This document shows positions 16,463 to 25,165 of a stretch of 44,152 nt of DNA, one piece after another. The position numbers and the translations under genes were made by a program. The notes below the pieces were generated by a model. That model worked only from the letters and a program-made list of their open reading frames with translations, made no database searches and was not told the DNA's origin. The stretch lies in NCBI GenBank assembly GCA_024228575.1, contig JAAETH010000310.1, positions 1 to 44,152 of the forward strand. The letters are read 5' to 3'. The stretch's first letter is position 1, and every line of letters starts with the position of its first letter. This stretch comes from Actinomycetes bacterium (GTDB lineage: Bacteria; Actinomycetota; Acidimicrobiia; Acidimicrobiales; Poriferisodalaceae).

Positions 16463-16703
16463 TGTCGTGCCTCTTTCGTGCTTCTCGGCGCCCGGCGCCG
16501 TGTTGTTGTGCATCCACACCGTTGTTGGTGTGTGACATCAACGTACGGAGAATCCGATCCGAGGTCATCGGGGAGAATCCACCCTTGTCGTCGGGTAGGT
16601 GGGAGCCCGATCCCCCTAGGCGTCGATGGGGGATTGGGCGATGCCCCGTAGGGGGTTCGGGGGGTGCTTGGGGGACAACCCCTCGCCGGACCCACCGTTG
16701 TGG
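16463..16703 (-). promoter_or_regulatory. Promoter/operator region of the ini-like operon: palindromes, GGAGAATCC direct repeat and a G-run cluster
   Basis: A 240-bp non-coding gap between the CBS gene stop and the iniB-like start. Contains CACACC-N6-GGTGTG, GGAGAATCC twice about 30 bp apart, and ATCCCCC-N11-GGGGGAT. Plus-strand G-runs: GGGGG-N3-GGG-N12-GGGGG-N3-GGGGGG-N5-GGGGG (about 16617-16672). Confidence 0.45.
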
Positions 16704-17117
16704 TCACTGTTCGGTGGTGTCGACGATGTAGCGGGCCAGGTCGGTGGTCGTGACGATGCCGGCGAGCCGGTCCTCGTCGAGAACAACGATCGAGTGGAAG
16801 GTGCCCTGAGACAAGATGATTGCGGCATCGCGCACCGAGGACGTCGCCGAAATCGATTGAAGGCCCACCGACATCGCGTCTTCGATGGTGTAGTACTCGT
16901 CGATCGTGTTCCGGAGAGGTCCGTCGATCTCGAACTCCATGTCGTGGAGCAACCGGACCAGATCTGTGGTCGAGAGCATCCCGACCGGCTGATCGTTCTC
17001 AGTGACGACGAGGTGGTGGTACGGGGCTGATTCGAGGGCAGACATCGCGGCGGAAAGCGGATCGGCTCTGTCGATTGTGGTCGGATCGACCGTCATGATC
17101 TTCTTGACTGGTGTCAT
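16704..17117 (-). CDS. CBS-domain pair protein (standalone)
   Basis: Two CBS-like repeats ('IMTVDPTTI...HHLVVTENDQPVGMLSTTDLV' and 'YTIEDAMS...HSIVVLDEDRLAGIVTTTDLARY'). The track ORF starts further upstream in Arg/Ser-rich low-complexity sequence, so the internal M ('MTPVKKIM') is preferred as start. Exact start is uncertain by a few nt. Confidence 0.7.
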   Translation of the reverse strand: MTPVKKIMTVDPTTIDRADPLSAAMSALESAPYHHLVVTENDQPVGMLSTTDLVRLLHDMEFEIDGPLRNTIDEYYTIEDAMSVGLQSISATSSVRDAAIILSQGTFHSIVVLDEDRLAGIVTTTDLARYIVDTTEQ

Positions 17118-17193
17118 CGGGCAAATCCTAGGCGAACCCTTCGGGGTCGGAGACCGTTCGTCGCAGGCACCCCGAGCACATCGGGCTCGGTTG

Positions 17194-17403
17194 TCAGGAT
17201 TTGGTCTTTTCAGCGGTGCTGAACTCGAACAGTCGGTACAACGGGCAGAACCCGACAGCGCCCGTGACGAGAGCGATGAGGCCCACGATTCCGAGAAGCG
17301 CGCCGAGCGTTCCGCCAACCGCGACAAATCCGACGATGATCAGCACGATGCCAAGCACCGTGCGGGCGATTCGTTCTGTATTCGCCTCGTTGATCTTCAT
17401 CAT
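17194..17403 (-). CDS. DUF2892 (YgaP-like) small membrane protein
   Basis: 69 aa 'MMKINEANTERIARTVLGIVLIIVGF...GFCPLYRLF', the typical DUF2892 signature with two TM helices. A perfect AAGGAGG Shine-Dalgarno lies 5 nt upstream of the ATG. The longer track ORF to 17658 is low-complexity upstream sequence. Confidence 0.65.
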   Translation of the reverse strand: MMKINEANTERIARTVLGIVLIIVGFVAVGGTLGALLGIVGLIALVTGAVGFCPLYRLFEFSTAEKTKS

Positions 17404-17488
17404 TCCTCCTTGTACTTCTTCTTGTGTCCATTGTGCTGATTGGACCAACGGAATATCGAGAACTTCTTGTCGGACCGACCGCCGCACG

Positions 17489-18280
17489 CTACTTCGACGT
17501 CCAGCCGCCGTCGACTGTGATCGTCTGTCCGGTGATGTAGCTTCCCAAATCGGTCGCCAACAGCAGTAGGGCACCGTCGAGTTCACCCTCGATGCCGGCT
17601 CGGCGAAGGTACGTTCCGCTCTCGATGTAGCGTCTCCCGCCAGCGGCGGCTTCGCCATGGAACATCAGGTGGGTCAATTCGGTCTCGAAGTAACCCGGCG
17701 CGATCGTGTTGACCCTGATCGAGTGCCGAGCCCATTGAGCCGCCAACTCCTTGGTGAGGGTGTGAATGGCTCCCTTCGAGGCGACGTAGGCGGCCTGATG
17801 GTTCGGCGAAGCTGACACGAAGCCGTGCACCGACCCGATGTTGACGATGCTCCCACCGGTTCCTCGTTCGATCATCCTCGTCGCAGTCATCGCAGCCAGC
17901 ACGAAACATGCGTTGAGGTTCACATCGACCACACGCCTGAACACGGCTGGGTCCTCGTCCTCGGCCCTTGTCACAGCGTCGGACGAACCGGCGTTGTTGA
18001 CCAGGACGGCGAGGTCTCCGGGAAGGCTGCTTGCGAATTCGACGACGTCGCTCAACTGATCGTCGCAAGATACGTCGCACTGGGTTGCCACGATTCCATC
18101 GACCTCGGAGGCGAGCTGCTCGAGACGGTCCAGACGCCGGGCACAAGCCACGACCGTGGCTCCGGCATCGGCGAGAACTCTTGAGAAGCGCTCACCAAAT
18201 CCGCTGGATGCGCCCGTGACGATTGCAACCTTGCCGTCGAGGCGCGAGCTGGGTATCGGGGTGTCGTGCAGGGATGGCAT
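17489..18280 (-). CDS. Short-chain dehydrogenase/reductase (SDR) family oxidoreductase
   Basis: 'GKVAIVTGASSGFG' Rossmann motif and 'NNAG'. A YxxxK-region equivalent is present ('AAYVASKGA'). Start taken at the internal ATG (MPSLHD...), 28 nt downstream of the giant ATPase stop. Confidence 0.85.
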   Translation of the reverse strand: MPSLHDTPIPSSRLDGKVAIVTGASSGFGERFSRVLADAGATVVACARRLDRLEQLASEVDGIVATQCDVSCDDQLSDVVEFASSLPGDLAVLVNNAGSSDAVTRAEDEDPAVFRRVVDVNLNACFVLAAMTATRMIERGTGGSIVNIGSVHGFVSASPNHQAAYVASKGAIHTLTKELAAQWARHSIRVNTIAPGYFETELTHLMFHGEAAAGGRRYIESGTYLRRAGIEGELDGALLLLATDLGSYITGQTITVDGGWTSK

Positions 18281-18308
18281 CGAGCAGTTGTAGCACGATG
18301 CCGGCGCG

Positions 18309-21300
18309 TCATTGTCGGCCGAGGGCGTCGGCAATTCGACCCAGCGCTGCAACGACGTCGGCCGCGGGGTCGGCCGTTGCCCTGGCGAAGTTCGCCTTGA
18401 TCGCCTTCCAGCGCTTCTCATCTGTCGCGTCGAGGGTTCCTCGAAGGGCAGCCAGGGCCAGCAGGTTCTGCTCGGCCCTGTCGGTCAACGTCTGGGCTTC
18501 GGACGCGTAGTGATCGTCGATGACGGCCGCCAGTTCATCGTCGGTCATGGCCGGAACGATTCGCGACGATATTCGAGCCATGTTGCGGTACGAACCTTGG
18601 AGAAGGAACGGGGGAGCTTCCCGATCGGCGTCGGCGCTCGCGGCCGAGTCGACGTAGGCGTCGTTGACCTGCATGACCACGGTTGCGGCTCGATCGAGCA
18701 ACTCGAGAACCCGAACGGTCTCATCGAGCTCGGAGGAATCCCACCGATGATCGAGTCCATCGGAGCTGACGGCTCTGCGTCCGCGCGACATGGCGACCAT
18801 CACCTCGACATCGTCGATCAGTTTCGTCGACCTGGGGGCAATCGCTGGGCAGGCGGTCACGCTGTTCTCGAGATACGACAGTGCGAATTCGGCGGCGTGT
18901 TCGTCGGCGACATCGCCGAGGTTGTACACGTCGGCACGGTTCACGAGCATGTCGGGCAACTCGAACCGCGAACCGGCGGTCGAGTAGGGGTTGCCGGCCA
19001 TGACGATGGCGAATCGTTTGCTACGCAGATCGTAGGTGCGGGCTTGTCCGGCGTGTACTCCCTCGATGCGACGGGTTGCGTCGGCGAGCGGGATGAAGCG
19101 AGACAGGAACTCGGGATTCGTGAATTGGATGTCGTCGATGAACAACACGACATTGCGAGCCATCGCCAGTGCCAGGTTGACCTTCTCCACCTCGGCCCTG
19201 GCCGTTGCGTTGGGGGCGTCGGCGGGATCGAGCGATGTTGTGGCGAAACCGAGAGCGGGGCCGTTCACCTTCACCATCAGCAACCCAAGGCGTGCTGCCA
19301 TCCAAGACATGAGGGTCGTCTTGCCGTAGCCGGGGGGTGAGGTCAGGACCAGGAGCCCCGACCGACTGAGGTCGTTCGAGTCGACGGTACCCAGCTGCCG
19401 AGCCAGGTTGGCGCCGACGAGGGGAAGGAGCGTGCGGTCGATCAGGCGGTTGCGAACAAAACCGGCCATCACCACCGGCCGGTGAGAGTCGAGATCGATG
19501 TCGTCGCGGACCGCTGAAGTCACGCCACGGCGCAGTTCCTGATACGCAGGCCATCGGGTGGCCATCTCGTCGAAGAGCGGGCCGACCCGTGCCGCCAACT
19601 CGTCCAGCCGAACCGAGATCTGCCCCTGGATGATGTGGCGGTGGTCGCTGACCAGACCACTTGCTGTCACGGCTCCCGAAGTCGGCTGTTCGAAGTGGGC
19701 GATGCCCGGGGTGGCGAGGATTGCGGCAGCCTCGTCGACATCGAAGTCGAGGCGTGCGAGCCGGGGATTGGCTGCGACAAAAGCGCTGAGCCACTCGGCG
19801 AGGTGGGTGTAGCGCTCGTAGAGGTCGGTGCTGTCGATCGATGTGAGGACAACATCACGAATCCGAGACTCGACCGAAGTCTCGAACTCGTCGACCAGCT
19901 CGATGGCCGTCGATGTTGCCGGCAATAGCCCGTCGGTGGGACGGAGTTGGTCGCAGATGTAGCCAGCGGCCACCCTGCAGTCGCGGCGCGACAGAGTCGG
20001 GACGATGTTGGCGAGGTCTTGGGACACCGTTCTCTGCAGACGGTCCGACACCGTGTGGGCGTCGAAGGAGTCGAGAGCGACTCGGGCGGCCTGTACACCG
20101 GCCCCCAGCGCCTGCCGCTGCTGATCGTCGAGTTCGCTGAGAAACAGGCGACCGATGGCCCGCGCGGAACCTGGATAGCCGACACCGTCGGTGCTGCCAG
20201 TCGTCAACAGGGCGGTCAAGAGAACGGCGGCATCGTGATCGTGAACCCCGATCTCGTACCCCTCACCGTGTCGACGCTCGGCGTGTGAGCGAACTCGTTC
20301 GGCGATGTGTTCGGGTATGGCAGCTGCGCTACGCAGTTCTGACACCTTCGACCCAGAAGCGGCATCGTGGTAGACCGCCCAGGCGAGATACTCACATCTG
20401 GCGACCTCTTGTGATTCCGACGGGTAGGAGCGGTTCAGCAGGTCGGCAAATTCCGACAGCTCGTCCGTGACGTCGACCGAGAGATCGGTTCCTGTGATAT
20501 CGACACTCACGCGCCCATTTGATGTCGACATCACGGTCTCGAAGGGTTGGTGATTGGGTGCGAATCGAAACGGGCCGAACCTCAGGGCTCCGTCGTCGTC
20601 GCTGAGGTCCGAGCGATCGCGGACAGTACGACGGGCGGCTTCGGCTCCGGCTCGGAGGGCATTCTTGAGCTCGGCGGCCTGACCCGATTCGCCCAGCTCG
20701 TCCAACTCGCCGGCCAGATCGCGAACCCGGAGCACCATCTGATCGGCCGCGAATAGCGAGGCGACCTCTGCTTCGTCTTCTGCTTCCTCGGCGCGGCGCA
20801 GGATCGTGACGAGCAACCGCTCGCCCGCATCGACAAGTCGTTTGGTTCTCTGTGCCCTCTGATCGACGAGTTCGGAGCGACGTGAGCCGAAGACCTCGTT
20901 CATTCGGTCGCGCAATTCGATGATTCGGATCAGCCGGTCTGGGTCTTCTCCGTGGCGACTCTCGAGGCGTTCGGCGTTGACGAGAAGTCGAGCCAGCTCG
21001 GTGTCGACCTCGTCGGGAGTTGTGGTCGCCATGACCGCCCCCGACAGGGTCTGTTCGAGCAACGCCACCTCGGCGTCGAAGGCTTCTGCCGTTTCGTTGT
21101 CGGCCAGCTCGCGGCGCCTGGCTTCGAGCACAGCGCGCGACCTGTTCGACGCGGCTGTGATGTCGGCAACCCGGCGCACGATGCGGGTACGTGCGGTCGG
21201 ATCGACATTGTCGAGTGCCCCGACAGCGTCGACCACTGCGTCCAGATCTGACGTCACGACCGCCAACCGCGCGGCCGTCTCGGCGACCACCCCGGCCGTC

Positions 21301-23147
21301 GAGGCCTGTGTTCCCTCGATGGTCAGGTCGTCCAGGCGTGTTCTGAACTCGTCGAACGCCGTGTTGTCGTCGAGCACCTCACCGGCTCGCTCGGCCAGAG
21401 CGGTGAGAGACTTGTCGAGATCGGTGATCAGATCCACGATTGCGTCGTCGTCGACCTCGGGGATGTCTTCGAGGAGCGTCACCTCACCGCGCGCACGTCT
21501 GAGGGACCCCAGCGCAGACACAACATCTGTCGGTGTTGTTGCGTTACCGGAAGCAGCGATCTGCCTGCCCACCGAACGTCTTGCTTCGTCGATGCGGGCC
21601 GCAGCATCGGCTCTGAGCCGGCGGACCTTTGTGTACTCGTCGACCAACAGACCGGCGGTCGATGCGGTGTCGCGCATCGCGGCGTGGAGGTCGGTGGCCT
21701 CGGGGTCGGCCAACCAGAGGTTTGTGTCGAGCGCTCGGCGGGCGGCGATGATCAGTGCCTCCCAGGTGCGCTCGCTCGGGTCGGACTCGTCGAGCAGACG
21801 ACCCACGTCGAATACATCGGCCAGGCCCGACACGAGATCGGCGTTGCCTACTCGTGCCACCCAGCCATCGTCACTAGGAGCACTCGACGTGTGGTCGTCG
21901 TCGACGAATGGGGTTGTCCACCACTGGATCGGGTGAACCCGCCTCGGCTCGGCATCGTCGGCTCCGCCCCGGAACAGGACGGTGTCGCCGTTGTCGAACG
22001 TCGCGAATCCGTGGCAAGGAACGACCTGGTTGATCTCGCGTCTGACCAGGTTGTACGGAGCCAGCAGGTATTCGCCCTTGTCGCGTTGGTGGAACACGTA
22101 GAGCAGGTCTTCGCCGTTCGGCGAGGCCACGATCTCCTCGAAGATCATCCCGTCGGTGCCGAGATCGAACACTCGGGTTCCCGCCGTGGCCAGGTGATAG
22201 CCGCCGGGGAACACGACACCCTCACCTCCGGGCAACACCCGGACCGCCTTGCCGATGGCGTCGACGCGTTCGACCGAACGCGTGCGTCGACTGTAGATGT
22301 AGAAGCGAGCGGGTTCGTTGTAGAGACCGATCCTGAGTAGGACGATCTGGTCACCGACTCGGGCGAAGGCCACAGACACATCGGCGAGCGATTGGCCGGC
22401 GTCGTCGACGGCTTCCTCGATCGCTACAAACCCTCCATGGGTCCCGTCCTCGACTCTCAGCTGAAGGCGACCATTGCGGAAGCCGACGAACACCTCGTCC
22501 AGGACGGCTACTGCGGGATGGGCGCCGGCTACCTGGTCGTCTCGTCCACAGGCAACCCACGAGAAATCGTGGGCGCTGGGCCACCGATAGTCGCGGTCAC
22601 CGCGTGCGTCGACGAAGGAGACCCGACCCGCCGTGTCCACCGTCCAGCGCAGGACCACCAGGTCCTCGGTTCGTTCGCCGATGCTGAACGCTGCCAGCAT
22701 CTGTCCGCCGGCGACCCTCAGATCAACAAAGCGGGCCTTGCCGTAGAAGCGGTGGAGCTTGTCGAATTCCTCGCGAAACACCGGGTCTGAGAGGAAGTTC
22801 CGCTCATCGTCGGGTTGCAGCGGCAAGAGCTCGTCGTCGCCGCGCCGATAGAGAGCGAACACGTGCTCGGGTTCAACCTTTCCGAGGTCGAGTTCGACGT
22901 TGTACCCGAGCACCACGAGGTTGCCCACATGGGCCATGTCGCGCGGCGAGCAGGTCAACTCGGTTCGCAGGCGGTCGGATCTCGTGAGCCTGACAGGCAC
23001 AGAACCAAATGTCTGGATGCGTTCGGCATCGATCGCCGAAGCCGCCGTGAGAGCGTCGTCGACGCGTTGTGCCAGTCGGCGTCTCAGCAGGTCATAGGAC
23101 GCTCCGTCGGGAACGCCCGGGTCGTCAACCACCTGTGACCGCCTCAA
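18309..23147 (-). CDS. Giant (1612 aa) uncharacterised protein: N-terminal beta-rich region, long alpha-helical/coiled-coil middle, C-terminal AAA_5 (MoxR/McrB/dynein-like) ATPase module
   Basis: A single uninterrupted ORF with uniformly high GC3. Walker A 'LTSPPGYGKTTLMSW', Walker B 'NVVLFIDDIQ' and the sensor/AAA_5 block 'RFAIVMAGNPYSTAGSRFELPDMLVNRADV' sit in the last ~350 aa. The start overlaps the flotillin stop (TTG at 23147, or GTG at 23132 with GAGG upstream). No confident family assignment for the N-terminal 1200 aa. Confidence 0.8.
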   Translation of the reverse strand: MRRSQVVDDPGVPDGASYDLLRRRLAQRVDDALTAASAIDAERIQTFGSVPVRLTRSDRLRTELTCSPRDMAHVGNLVVLGYNVELDLGKVEPEHVFALYRRGDDELLPLQPDDERNFLSDPVFREEFDKLHRFYGKARFVDLRVAGGQMLAAFSIGERTEDLVVLRWTVDTAGRVSFVDARGDRDYRWPSAHDFSWVACGRDDQVAGAHPAVAVLDEVFVGFRNGRLQLRVEDGTHGGFVAIEEAVDDAGQSLADVSVAFARVGDQIVLLRIGLYNEPARFYIYSRRTRSVERVDAIGKAVRVLPGGEGVVFPGGYHLATAGTRVFDLGTDGMIFEEIVASPNGEDLLYVFHQRDKGEYLLAPYNLVRREINQVVPCHGFATFDNGDTVLFRGGADDAEPRRVHPIQWWTTPFVDDDHTSSAPSDDGWVARVGNADLVSGLADVFDVGRLLDESDPSERTWEALIIAARRALDTNLWLADPEATDLHAAMRDTASTAGLLVDEYTKVRRLRADAAARIDEARRSVGRQIAASGNATTPTDVVSALGSLRRARGEVTLLEDIPEVDDDAIVDLITDLDKSLTALAERAGEVLDDNTAFDEFRTRLDDLTIEGTQASTAGVVAETAARLAVVTSDLDAVVDAVGALDNVDPTARTRIVRRVADITAASNRSRAVLEARRRELADNETAEAFDAEVALLEQTLSGAVMATTTPDEVDTELARLLVNAERLESRHGEDPDRLIRIIELRDRMNEVFGSRRSELVDQRAQRTKRLVDAGERLLVTILRRAEEAEDEAEVASLFAADQMVLRVRDLAGELDELGESGQAAELKNALRAGAEAARRTVRDRSDLSDDDGALRFGPFRFAPNHQPFETVMSTSNGRVSVDITGTDLSVDVTDELSEFADLLNRSYPSESQEVARCEYLAWAVYHDAASGSKVSELRSAAAIPEHIAERVRSHAERRHGEGYEIGVHDHDAAVLLTALLTTGSTDGVGYPGSARAIGRLFLSELDDQQRQALGAGVQAARVALDSFDAHTVSDRLQRTVSQDLANIVPTLSRRDCRVAAGYICDQLRPTDGLLPATSTAIELVDEFETSVESRIRDVVLTSIDSTDLYERYTHLAEWLSAFVAANPRLARLDFDVDEAAAILATPGIAHFEQPTSGAVTASGLVSDHRHIIQGQISVRLDELAARVGPLFDEMATRWPAYQELRRGVTSAVRDDIDLDSHRPVVMAGFVRNRLIDRTLLPLVGANLARQLGTVDSNDLSRSGLLVLTSPPGYGKTTLMSWMAARLGLLMVKVNGPALGFATTSLDPADAPNATARAEVEKVNLALAMARNVVLFIDDIQFTNPEFLSRFIPLADATRRIEGVHAGQARTYDLRSKRFAIVMAGNPYSTAGSRFELPDMLVNRADVYNLGDVADEHAAEFALSYLENSVTACPAIAPRSTKLIDDVEVMVAMSRGRRAVSSDGLDHRWDSSELDETVRVLELLDRAATVVMQVNDAYVDSAASADADREAPPFLLQGSYRNMARISSRIVPAMTDDELAAVIDDHYASEAQTLTDRAEQNLLALAALRGTLDATDEKRWKAIKANFARATADPAADVVAALGRIADALGRQ

Positions 23148-25165
23148 CTCTCGCCGGCGTCGATGATGTTGCCGAGGGGACGATCACCGAGTCCCGATTC
23201 GCCAACAGCGTTCCTGAGAGCCTCGACCAGGCCGCCGGCCTCGGAACCGAGACCGCCAGCGAGGCGGTTGACGAAGTCGGCGACGGTGAGGTCGCGTATG
23301 CCGGCGGCGCCAAGGCCACCGAGACCTTCGGAGATGTCGGCGATGATGCTGGCATCACCTTCGAGGTAGGGCTTGAGCATGCGGCGCCCGGCGTTTCCAC
23401 TCGAGACGAAACCATCGATCGCCTGACCGTGACCGGCCGCCGACAGGATCCTTTCGACGATCCCCTCGTCGGAGACGATCTGCATGTCCGCGTTGGACAA
23501 CGACTCGCCCAGAGCACTTGCTGCCGACCGGGCCACATCGGCTCGTGCCTCGATGGCCGCAAGTTCGATCTCGCGCTCCGCGTCGAGGCGCAGCCTGAAC
23601 TCTTCGTGACCCTGACCGGCCGCGGTCATGGCTCCGACACCTTCGGACTTGGCCTTCAGGCCTTCGCCCTCACCCTTGAGGCGCGACCGGGTGGCCTCAC
23701 CTTCTGCGTCTCCGAGTTCGCGAACAGCCTCGGCATCGGCGCGCTTGACATCGACTTCGGCGATGCCGGTGGCCTTGATGGCATCGGCGCGTTCGCGTTC
23801 GACCTGCACCGAGGCAAGGCCTTCGGCGGCTGACTCGGCCTGGAAACCCTCGGCCCTGCGTTTTGATGCCTGCATCTCCTGGGACGCTGCTTCGGCTTCG
23901 GCCCTCGCCAGGATTGTTCGGCGCTCGGCCTCCGAAGCTGCGGCCTGTTTGTCGGCATCTGCTTCCTTGACCCTGGCGATGAAGTTGGCCTCTGCCGAAC
24001 CCTCTGCGGTACGGACCTCTGCGTCGGCATGGCGCTTGGCTTCCTCGACGACCCGGAGGCTGGCGATCTCCTCTTCCCTCTCGGCAACACCCAGATCGGC
24101 CTCGACACGTTCGCGCGATATCTCGGCCAACTCGCGAGCCTGGACCTCTTTCTCCTTGCCTGCTTCTGCCACCGCTGTTTCGCGGCCGACAGCGGCCAGA
24201 TGGCGATCGCGCTCGATCTCTTCGGTTTGTACGGCGATGACCCGCTGGCGGTTGGCGTCGGCGAGGGCGATCTCGCGGTCCTTGTTCTGGTCGGCAACAC
24301 CGACCCCTTGTTCTGCCGCGATATTGGCCTCTTCGGCGGCGCGTCTGGACTCGGCCTCCACCTCGGCAGCAGCGGCCTGGGCCCGAGCTTCCACAGTGCG
24401 GATTTCCTGCTGCTGTCGCGCTTCGGCTTCGGCCCTATCGCGCTCCATCTCGAACACGGCCTTGTCGGCGTCGGTTGTGCGGCGAGTTGTTTCCTCGCGT
24501 TCGCGTTCGCGAGCATCGTTGGTGCGAATGTGCTGATCGGCTGTGCGTTCGGTGATCTTGCGGATGCCGTCCGCGTCGAGGATGTTGTCGGGGTCGAGGG
24601 CTTCGACAGGTGTCTGCTCGAGATAGTCGATGGCGACGTCCTCGAGAACGTAGCCGTTGAGATCCTGGCCGATGATCCCGATGATCACGTCCTTGAACTC
24701 TTGGCGCGATGTGTACAGGTCCTCGAAGTTGAACTCCTTGCCCGCGGACTTCAACGCCTCCGAGAACTTCGCTGCGAACAGCTCGCGAAGCGTGCCCTGG
24801 TCTGACGCCCTATCGACGCCGACCTGTTGAGCGACTCTGACGACGGACTCCTCGGTCTTGTCGACCTTCACGTAGAACTCGACTGCGATGTCGGCCCTGA
24901 CGTTGTCCTTGCAGACCAGGCCATCCTTGCCTCGACGGTCGATCTGGATGTTCTTCACCGAGATGTCCATCGCCTCGGCCTTGTGAACCACGGGGATGAC
25001 GACCTGGCCTGTGAATGTGACCACGACCTCTTTCCACTTGGACACCACCAAGGCGTGTCCCTGTGGCACCTTCCGAAAAAGCCTCGTCACCAGCAGGCCA
25101 AGGCCCAGTGTGACGATCACCAAGATCATGATGACCACACCCACCGCCGTCAGCACTCCACCCAT
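23144..25165 (-). CDS. Flotillin-like SPFH/Band-7 protein (YqiK/FloT-type)
   Basis: N-terminal TM helix (GVLTAVGVVIMILVIVTLGLGLL), then the SPFH domain ('GHALVVSKWKEVVVTFTGQVVIPVVHKAEAMDISV...'). A long Ala/Glu/Arg-rich coiled coil (EA-repeat flotillin tail) follows. Start taken at the ATG that overlaps the NfeD stop (TGATG). Confidence 0.9.
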   Translation of the reverse strand: MGGVLTAVGVVIMILVIVTLGLGLLVTRLFRKVPQGHALVVSKWKEVVVTFTGQVVIPVVHKAEAMDISVKNIQIDRRGKDGLVCKDNVRADIAVEFYVKVDKTEESVVRVAQQVGVDRASDQGTLRELFAAKFSEALKSAGKEFNFEDLYTSRQEFKDVIIGIIGQDLNGYVLEDVAIDYLEQTPVEALDPDNILDADGIRKITERTADQHIRTNDAREREREETTRRTTDADKAVFEMERDRAEAEARQQQEIRTVEARAQAAAAEVEAESRRAAEEANIAAEQGVGVADQNKDREIALADANRQRVIAVQTEEIERDRHLAAVGRETAVAEAGKEKEVQARELAEISRERVEADLGVAEREEEIASLRVVEEAKRHADAEVRTAEGSAEANFIARVKEADADKQAAASEAERRTILARAEAEAASQEMQASKRRAEGFQAESAAEGLASVQVERERADAIKATGIAEVDVKRADAEAVRELGDAEGEATRSRLKGEGEGLKAKSEGVGAMTAAGQGHEEFRLRLDAEREIELAAIEARADVARSAASALGESLSNADMQIVSDEGIVERILSAAGHGQAIDGFVSSGNAGRRMLKPYLEGDASIIADISEGLGGLGAAGIRDLTVADFVNRLAGGLGSEAGGLVEALRNAVGESGLGDRPLGNIIDAGES

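Noticed and set aside
19021-21936. Several 250-340-aa ORFs on both strands inside the giant gene (e.g. 19021..19794 -, 20920..21936 +, 18312..19340 +)
   Set aside because: All are alternate-frame or antisense to the single continuous 1612-aa ORF, which carries an intact AAA_5 module. Compositions are Arg/Ser/Pro-rich.
23628-24536. 302-aa (+) and 286-aa (-) ORFs inside the flotillin gene
   Set aside because: Alternate frames of the Ala/Glu/Arg-rich flotillin coiled-coil region. The repetitive GC-rich codons keep other frames open.
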